Shown here: positions 54,641 to 64,000 of the stretch, one piece after another
Layout: each line of letters opens with the position of its first letter
Numbering within the stretch: position 1 is the first letter of the stretch
Assembly (NCBI GenBank): GCA_951406725.2
Contig: OX597821.1
Coordinates: 87,792,001-87,856,000 of the forward strand
Length of the DNA stretch: 64,000 nt
Source of the DNA: Octopus vulgaris
Taxonomy: Eukaryota
Direction: 5' to 3'
Notes under the pieces: generated by a model
Database searches by the model: none
The model's input: the letters and a program-made list of their open reading frames with translations, nothing else
Told to the model about the DNA's origin: nothing
Made by a program: the position numbers and the translations under genes

Positions 54641-55394
54641 TTACATAGATATCTATATATATACATATACATATACACATATACATATACGTATATACAT
54701 CTATATATATATATATACATATATATGTGTGCGCGTGTGTGTGTATGTGTATGCGTGCGTGTGTTTGTGTGCGTGTGTGTACTCAATATAATTACCTATG
54801 GAGCTTTCATGAATACAAATAGAGGAAGTGTTTTATGTGTATGCGTGTGTGTATGTGTGTGTGTGTGTGTGCGTGTGTATGTGTGTGTGTGTGTGTGTGT
54901 GTTTGTATGTACAGAGAGAGAAAATGAGATAGACACATAGACATATTGATAGCCAAATACATAAAAAGGCATATATGTAAATAACTAACTACATACCTAG
55001 TTATTTAGACAGAAATTAAATAGGTAAGCACAGAAAACCACAGTAAAAAAGATATACAGAAAGATAGAGACGTGGAAACCAGTCAAAAGCATTAGCATAC
55101 CAGCAACTTATTCCCCTTGTCTAATTGTTCATTACACGGGGTGGATTTTAATTCTGTTGTTTATTTCGCAATCGGACCCAAGGGGCTGAAAGGAAGCTCT
55201 CCTTGTTTGGAAACATTCTAAAGTTGGAAATCTATCCCTGATGTTTTAACCCAAATTATTGTAAACAATCTTTTTCTCTGACCTCCAGAGACTTGTCGTT
55301 TCATAAAAGATGCTTCTGTGTTATAATCGTGGCTTTGTGGAGCAAGAGACAGGGGCGAAATGGAAACATTTCTACACGTTGTGGCTGACATGTG

Positions 55395-56138
<744 letters not shown>

Positions 56139-57013
56139 TCATTGCTGTAGTTGTTCCTGTTGGTACTGTTTTTTTCTCAAATAGCTGTCATATGCATCCG
56201 GAATCAGCACACGTTCACATACTCACTCTTTCACTCACACACACACGTACACGCACACATACACACACACACACGCACACACACACACATGCACACTCAC
56301 ACAAGCGCATACAGATTTACAAAGTTTTATTGCACAAATTTAATGTTTCGGCACAGAAGCTCCGCTTTCGCTAATACATAGTTCTTCTGAAACCAAATAT
56401 TTTCCTACATATGTCTGTGTGTGTATGTTTGTGCGTGTGTATATATATATATATATATGCTCACAGACACAAGCAAACTCGGTATCATATACATACATAT
56501 ACGCGTAGAAGCATACATCCAAATACACATGTTGGGAATAGAACAATTAGCGAGTAATAAAATGATCTGGCAAGTTATGTTAAAAGATGCCCGAGAGGGA
56601 ATATAACGCAATAATAATAAAGAAGATTACGTACGTATATAACCAGGCTGCAGAGAACAGAATATACTACAAATATGCACATACATACATGTATGCATAC
56701 ATACATACATACATACATACATACATACATACATACATACATACATACATACATACAATCATGCATGCAAAAAATACCCAGCTGTTGATGTTGAAATTCC
56801 AATGAAGGAGCCTTGGATCTAGTTTAGAAACCGGTACTTTCTCTCATGGCATGAAATCTTGAAATAAAACTGAATAATAACATACATGCAAGTATGACAA
56901 GTGCTGTTGAGTGGCTTAGTACGGTGCTCTCATAGTTGTATTATTTTGGTGAGTAATCCAGCGAGTAATCCCGCGAGGGACCAGCATGTCCCATGACTCG
57001 AGAAGGACTTCTC

Positions 57014-57088
<75 letters not shown>

Positions 57089-57505
57089 ACACCTTTATAA
57101 GTTCTGCTTTTCCATGGCTATGTGTAAGTATTTCATTTATTTTCTTTGTGCTCTACGCTGATGAAGGAAAAATCCTTTTGGATTAAGCCAGAAATCGGGC
57201 TGATACGGAGATAAGTAAATTTTTACGAATTTCTGTTGCCTTGCTTCCCCGTTTCGACGCATGTGTTATGATAATAGTGAGAATATTTCATGTGGTTAGA
57301 TGATTTAGCGTCTATTTTCAGCATAGAGGCAAAGAAATTTTTTTGGACCATACTTATATTTGTGCTTATAATTTCATCTCAAAAGGTATTTTTTAATATG
57401 CTGATAAAAATTTTTAACAATTTTATCCTTATATTATATTATAAGTGTATATAAAATGGCTGACGGTTAGTAAGGAGAGACACAAATAAGAAAGAAGAAA
57501 ACAAA

Positions 57506-57550
57506 GGACCACTGATGCGGTCACAGGAGTGTGACGAAAGAACTCTGGCC
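57506..57550 (+). ncRNA. Type I hammerhead-like motif with A9C core substitution
   Basis: GGACCA-CTGATGC-G-GTCAC-AGGAGT-GTGAC-GAAA-GAAC-TC-TGGCC. Confidence 0.55.
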
Positions 57551-57650
57551 AAAATAAGATTAAGATTAATATAAAACATAAATAAAACTGAAGCAAAATA
57601 ACACCAAATATATAGTGCGTGTGTTTTTATTGGCTAAAATGACAAAATGA

Positions 57651-57689
<39 letters not shown>

Positions 57690-57799
57690 GTGTTTTTTTG
57701 TTTGTTTTTGTTTTTCCAGTGTGTGTGTGTATATATATGTATAGATATATATATGAGTCCGCTGCCCTAACCATATTGCGCTCTATGTATGTGTGTATG

Positions 57800-57877
<78 letters not shown>

Positions 57878-57884
<7 letters not shown>

Positions 57885-58480
57885 CGTCCACTTGTGACCG
57901 AGGAAGACCATTGCTGACCTTCAGGAACATTGTGTATTCTAGGATATAGGAAGAAGAGCAGTACATATCGAGTATAGGTCAGCAATACCTGTGTAGAGTT
58001 TTAGAACCAATAAGGCTTGTACGATACCTCTTAGACCCTCTCCATTCTATTGACATTATCCAGAGACATGCCAGAGCAAGATGTCTGGTGCCAATATAAG
58101 TCACAAACTCAGGGATGTGGGAGCGCCATGATCTCTAGCAAAAACCAAAGATCCCCAAAATGTCCAATGCCATTCCCTGCATATCTGGTTTTATATCCGA
58201 GTGACCTTCTCCTAGAGACATGATTTAACAGAAGCTGAGGGGTGCCTCCCTTCCAGTTGGTCTTCCAGCACGCCGGACACCATCTCGGAATTTCTGCGTA
58301 CCTGTGCTATTGCTAGATAGCCGTTGAACCTACACTAGATTCAAGACCTTTCAGCAGGTCTTATTTTTAACACTGCTGGATTTCTAGCAACCCTTCTCAC
58401 CAGGGTAGCCTGGTGGGGGGTGTCGGTTTAGTCGCCGACAATCCGACCATGCAAACAGTTGTACTGGATTCCATGGTGAT
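57878..58480 (-). mobile_element. Probable non-autonomous RTE-related retroelement, degraded
   Basis: Higher-GC block abutting (TA)n with an RTE-like 3' end on the minus strand (...GGTCTTCCTCGGTCACAAGTGGACGGCCATCA). No ORF; assignment by resemblance only. Confidence 0.35.
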
Positions 58481-58593
58481 CTAACGAATAGGTACGCTGT
58501 GTAAGTGCTATAACTGGTCATCCGTCAGGTACCAAGTTCACAGCTGAGGTAGAAGCTGGGGGTCCATAATAGGCTTCCAAATTAGCAGATATA

Positions 58594-58740
58594 TACTCTT
58601 TTACTCTTTACTCTTTTACACGCTTCACTCATTTGACTGCGGCCTTTAATCTAAGAAATTGACCCCAGGACTTATTCTTTGCAAGCCTGGTACTTATTTT
58701 GTCGGCCTCTTCTGCCGAACCGCTAGGTTTCGGGGGGCAT
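58594..58740 (-). mobile_element. SINE family A, 3' fragment
   Basis: (TACTCTTT)n tail plus body homology. Confidence 0.8.
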
Positions 58741-59143
58741 AAAGCAAATATTTGATTTCATCATCAAAATTAAGTAAAAAAATGAATCATTTGAATAAAA
58801 TGGAGAACTAAACAGAATAAAATTAATACATAGTAAAAATATGATGTAATAATATCATAAATATAATGATTGGTAATATTGTATATGATAAGACTAATAA
58901 ATAATGAGCAAGAAACAAAAATATTAAATTGAAAGAAAAAAAAATATATAATACCTGCATTGAATACACAAGATGTCATTTTAATTAACACAGCAAATAA
59001 TCTAAACGAAAAAAACAACCCAACAAAAAACACAATAACAACGACTGCAACAATAACCACAGCGGCAGCAAAAACGACTAAGAGCAGCAGTTAAACGGAA
59101 AATCCATTAACTGTTCGCAGCAGATGGGGTTGGGTGTTGTTGC

Positions 59144-59213
<70 letters not shown>

Positions 59214-59916
59214 GTTATCTTTTTCTGTGTTTGTCTAAAATTTCAGTAACTTTTTTTTCCCATCTCTCCTATTTGCCTTTGTTAATTTGTCTTCTGTGGT
59301 TTGGTTTTCAAAATTATTTTCTTAGAATGATTTGTCTTCGTTTTTCGTTTCTTCTTTCTTTCTTTCTTTTTAATTTTTTTTTTGCTTCATTGTTATTGTT
59401 ACTGATATTGTTATTTTTATTGTTGTTAATTTTGGTTGTAATGTTTGTTGTGTATGGTTGTTGATTTTTTTTTCTTCTTTGTCTTTAATTTTGCTTATAG
59501 CTTAAAAAACGACTTGAGTTTTGAAAATGTCTTTTGAGACGTGAGAGCCGTGTTTCTGGAAGGTACTAAGAAGTACGATGCATGAACAATTTAAAAAGAA
59601 AAACAGGTTTTTTTTTTTCCTTTCTCGTAACGTTTTACTTTTTTGTAAGAGTATAAAAACGCCTTTATATGTGCATGCGTCCCTGCATGTTCTTCCTAGA
59701 ATACATGTATGTATATCTGTGTGTGTATGCATGTATCTATATATGTATTCATCCATTTATCTATTCGTTCATTTCTACATACATGTAAACATATACACGT
59801 ATACGTACATACATATATAAGTATGTGCCTTTGTGCGTATAACAGTACTGATACGAAATATTTCGTGTATAAAATAGAATATGCATGCCAGAATTTAGCA
59901 AAGTGCTGAATTGTAC

Positions 59917-60085
59917 AAGACATGGAACGTATCAATGTTCTTAGATTGTAAGAAATCTCTGTATTCCACTTATTCTATTAAAATTTGGAATTTGGCAATA
60001 TAAGACGTGGAACATATCAATGTTCCTAGATGGCAAGAAACCTATGCATTCCACCTATTCCATTAAAATTTGGAGTCTAGCAATA
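59917..60085. repeat. 85-bp direct tandem duplication, diverged
   Basis: AAGACRTGGAACRTATCAATGTTC starts at 59917 and 60002. Confidence 0.85.
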
Positions 60086-60198
60086 TGGGTTGTGTTTCTC
60101 TTGAAGAATTCGTCTAGGATTACTAAAGCTTGTTAGGTGTTCACATTTGCTGGCAAAAATAAAATAAACTGACAATAATAATAAGAAAACAGTATTAT

Positions 60199-60249
60199 CA
60201 TCTAGACCGATGATGGGCAAAGACCCTGAAACATGCGTGTCTCTAGATG
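60199..60249 (+). ncRNA. Type I hammerhead-like motif (U4C variant)
   Basis: CATCTAGA-CCGATGA-TGGG-CAAAGA-CCCT-GAAA-CATGCGTG-TC-TCTAGATG. 8-bp stem I, GUC triplet. Confidence 0.65.
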
Positions 60250-60481
60250 CAGGCCTAGCTGTTGGGGGTATTTGCCTCCCCTTCGTAAATATATAAGGAC
60301 ACAGGAAATGTGTCAAGGCTTCCTAGGGCTAAACAGCGGTGGTGTGATCCCACCCCCGTTACTGTCACGTTAAGTTGACAGTATACAACCACTCTATCGT
60401 CCCACCACCGTACATATCTCTATGAGATATTTAGAAATTTAATATTTCTGAGTATTATTAATATATATCACATATATATTA

Positions 60482-60657
60482 GGCACAGGCATGGCTGTGT
60501 GCTAAGAAGCTTACTTCCAAACCACATGGTTCCGGGTTCAGTCCCACTGCATGGCACCTTGGTAAGTGTCTTCTACTATAGCCTAGGGCCAACCAAATGC
60601 TTGTGATTGGATTTGGTATGAGGAAACTGGAAGAAGCCCGTCGTGTGTATATGTATG

Positions 60658-60702
<45 letters not shown>

Positions 60703-60970
60703 GTGTTTGTGTGTTAGTGTGTGTGCATGTAATGTGTATGTACATATTTGTGTGTTTGTATCTCTGCTTGTCACCCCGAACCAATCATCGCTTGACAACC
60801 GATGTTGGTGTAGTTACGTCCACGTAACTTAGTGGTTCGGCGAAAGAGACCGATAGAATAAGTACTAGGCTTACAAGGAATAAGTCATGGGTCGATTTCT
60901 TCGATTAAAACTTGTTAAGGTGATGCTCCAGCATGCCTGCAGTCAAACGAGAGAAACAAATAAAAGAATA
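60482..60970 (+). mobile_element. SINE family A, full length, diverged
   Basis: Homologous from head to tail. Confidence 0.85.
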
Positions 60971-61051
60971 TTTTATATTTTAGGCAGAAATATCTATAAG
61001 AAATTGTATATAAAACTTTTGCCTTTATCCCGTGTATGCTAGAATGATCAT

Positions 61052-61246
61052 CCTTTTCTACACTAGACACAAGGCCCGAAATTTTTGGGGAGGGGAGCCA
61101 GTCGATTAGATCAACTTCAGTACACAACTGGTATTAATTTATCGACCTCGAAAGGACGACACGCAAAGTCAACCTCGGAGGAATTTGAACTCAGAACGCA
61201 AAGACAGACGAAATATTGCTACCGATTCTTATTTCTTTACTACCCC
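61052..61246 (-). mobile_element. SINE family B, right monomer of the dimeric form
   Basis: Homologous to 45340-45526. Confidence 0.75.
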
Positions 61247-61248
61247 AA

Positions 61249-61383
61249 ATTGTTTTTGCCCATGACACTCCATGGACCATAAGTAAGGCATGTGTAAAAT
61301 TTGAATGAAACTGGTTGTGTAGTTCTCAAGTTTTAGGGATTCATACAGACAGACAGACACATTCTCAGTTTTATATATATAGA
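61249..61383 (-). mobile_element. Helitron-like 5' fragment, same family as 203-437
   Basis: Reverse complement of 203-340. Confidence 0.65.
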
Positions 61384-61392
61384 TAGGTATAT

Positions 61393-61589
61393 ATCGATAA
61401 AATGACTTAGCGGTTAGCCAAACGTGATCGATAAAATGATCTAGCGTTTCGCCAACCGTGATCGATAAAATGACATAGCGCTTCGTCAAACGAGATCGAT
61501 AAAATGACCTAGCGGTTCGGTAAACAAGATCGGTAAACTGCTAAGTCATTTTATCGATCTCGTTTGGCGAACCGTTATGTCATTTTATC
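61393..61589. repeat. 34-bp minisatellite: ~4 direct units then ~1.5 inverted units
   Basis: Unit ATCGATAAAATGACTTAGCGGTTCGCCAAACGTG; reverse-complement copies from 61540. Confidence 0.9.
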
Positions 61590-61732
61590 CTCACGGCTAC
61601 TCTTATTCTGATGAAGGTGACGATTTCATATACATATACATACGTGTATATATATATGTACGGATATATATACATATATAAATATATATGCGTGGGGATA
61701 TACAAATGTATGCACACACTGATATATTTATT

Positions 61733-61763
<31 letters not shown>

Positions 61764-61790
61764 GTTACACAAACGCACAAACACACACAC

Positions 61791-61841
<51 letters not shown>

Positions 61842-62053
61842 ATTATTTTATAAACACTTTCGCTAAAATCATGTATCAGGAATGGATACGTGATTTTACT
61901 TTAATACATTTCACTAGGATTATTTTCAATGCATCGTTTTATTTCAGCTATTTTCTTATATTTACATATTATTGGTAAGAAATTTTATTTCCAAGTATTT
62001 CACTCAGTAGTTTTCTAAACTTCTGCACTCAAAGTATTCTCATTCTATCTCTG

Positions 62054-62090
<37 letters not shown>

Positions 62091-62091
<1 letters not shown>

Positions 62092-63645
62092 TAGCAGAGT
62101 TACCCGGCTTTGCCCGTGTTACATACAATTGAAGAATTAGACTTTTCTGTTATATTTTCTCTAATGAACTGGAATATCTATGTTTCCAATTTCCTCAAAA
62201 TTGCAGATGACGGTTATTTCCCTCTTTACACACCCAAACGAAATTGTCATCGTGCCACATGTATCCCATAATACTGATTTTTACGCGCATATTCCAAAAT
62301 TCCAGTCTTGTAGAACCTGTTAAAATGATTTTGCTCCTAAAATGATGGAGCTCTAAAATGTGAGAGTTAACGCCCCTATTGGATGTAGGCATCTTAATGT
62401 CAACCAGAGAAGTTGAATTCTCGAGAATCTTTTTAACTTTGGTCTTATATCTATTGTTTGAATTTCTTTGAAATAGGAAACATATGTTCACTGGGTTTGT
62501 AAAAGAGAGCAAAGGTACAGGAAGCCAAAAGACGAATGATCACAATAAGCAGTCAACTACAGTACCCTAGTCGTTACCACTACCAATGTAGTATTCCTCA
62601 CCATCAAGGTGACAGGCACAGTCGTAAGATGCATTACGAATCTATAGCAATTGGAAGGGCGTGACCCAACTGAAATAAACATTAACAACTGTGTGACGTG
62701 AGGGCGAAGGAGAAATGAAAGTGTCACCTCTGGAGTTTGCAAATGACCACTATACTGATACGTAACTGGACAGAATAAATTTAAAATCTATAAATGTCTT
62801 TGAATAACCAGTCACTCATCTGGGAAGGCCTTGAAATCAATGTTACCATGTGGGGACTATGTGTGACCCAGTGATAATAAAAAGACTGAAAGGAGATCTG
62901 CAAGGAAATAACTTTACTCAACACTTTTCAACTGAATCAGTGGAGGCATAGATGCCTCTCATTTACTCGACAATTTATGCAGCACATTGCAGAAATCACA
63001 ATCTAAGTGTATGTCAAAGCAAACTCTTACACTGTTGTACCATTGAATTACAAATAATGCTCATCTTCTATGCTCGGATGATCCCACAGCTTCCAAGAAT
63101 ACAACTATTCGTCTTTGCTTAGATAAAATGACAAAATTGTGGGTGTTAATTCCCCGTGAAGGGGTCTTTCTAACTTGTAAGAAGATGAAATTGTAAAAAT
63201 ATTTATTTGTATCTAATATCTATGGTTAAAATTTCATCAATAGAAAAAATATATGAATTGTCATGGGGGTTGTGGCCCTTATGCATAGAATATAATTTCT
63301 AAATTTCGTAAAGATCCATTCAGTACTTTTGACTTAGTTTTGGATCATAAAAGAAATGACTAAAATTTGGGAGTTAAGGCCCCCATTATGGTGTCTTAGA
63401 ATCCTCATGTGAAGTGGAAACTTTGAGAATACTTCTTGATGTGTGTCAATTACCCATGGTTGAAATTTCATCAACATCGAAAATTTATGAATGTTCATGG
63501 GGGGTTCTGCCGCCTTTAAGCCATCTGAAATTCAAACCAAACATATTGCATTATACCCGCCCTTATGCATTGAATCTAAGTTTCAAATATCATAAGGATC
63601 CATTCAGTAATTTTGGTCCATGAAATTGTATGAAACACACAACAG
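62091..63645 (-). mobile_element. Possible long non-autonomous Helitron (3' CTAG end clear, 5' end unresolved)
   Basis: A|CTAGCAGAGTTACCCGGCTTTGCCCGTG at 62091. Helitron-N-like AAATTTCATCAA / GATCCATTCAGTA motifs at 63220-63640. Confidence 0.45.
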
Positions 63646-64000
63646 ACCCAAGTTAAAAAGATTCTCAACAATTCAACTTCTCTGGTTGACATTAAGATGC
63701 CCACCCCCAGCAGGGGTGTTAACTCTCACATTTTAGAGCTCCATGACCTCCATTTGTATTTGACCTCCTCTTTGAATTACCAGACGAAAACGGCAGTGAT
63801 GTTGCATACCTTTTATGCATCTTTCGAAAATTGGCGATGTGATTTCGATATTTGTTTTTGAAAATATCGGCCGATGCCCCGATTTACACGTACGGGCATC
63901 CTCTAATATTTATTTGTTACTACATTGCATCTGTTACATTGGTTATCCAGAGGACATTTAGATCGGTCTCTGCATGAGCATTGATTGCCAATTGTTTTAT

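Noticed and set aside
61393-61589. CRISPR-like 34-bp repeats
   Set aside because: No spacers; the unit derives from SINE A.

Overview
AT-rich, repeat-saturated animal genomic DNA with no convincing host protein-coding exon, rRNA, true tRNA or CRISPR array. Nearly all long ORFs in the track are translations of (TA)n, (CA)n, (TATC)n, (CATA)n or (AAT)n microsatellites. The tRNA-headed SINE families, extreme microsatellite density and Penelope remnants suggest a coleoid cephalopod, probably an octopus, intron or intergenic region (inferred from recalled repeat families, not from a search). Recognisable content: about 16 copies of SINE family A, about 8 of SINE family B, two other tRNA-headed SINEs, decayed RTE and Dong/R4-like LINEs, a decayed Chapaev3-like transposase, mariner and hAT MITEs with target-site duplications (TSDs), non-autonomous Helitrons and Penelope-like element (PLE) fragments. 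Main points of interest: (1) at least 8 hammerhead-ribozyme-like motifs in several unrelated PLE-type contexts, several with a recurrent U4C core variant; (2) a hAT MITE with intact TIRs and an 8-bp TSD whose interior has expanded into a 15 x 131-bp array, with a Helitron inserted at a demonstrable A|T empty site; (3) a near-identical 3.1 x ~845-bp concatemer headed by a palindrome with 57-bp arms and embedded in (TA)n; (4) a 34-bp SINE-derived minisatellite that folds back on itself. All alignments and family names are by eye or recall, and degraded ends are approximate.
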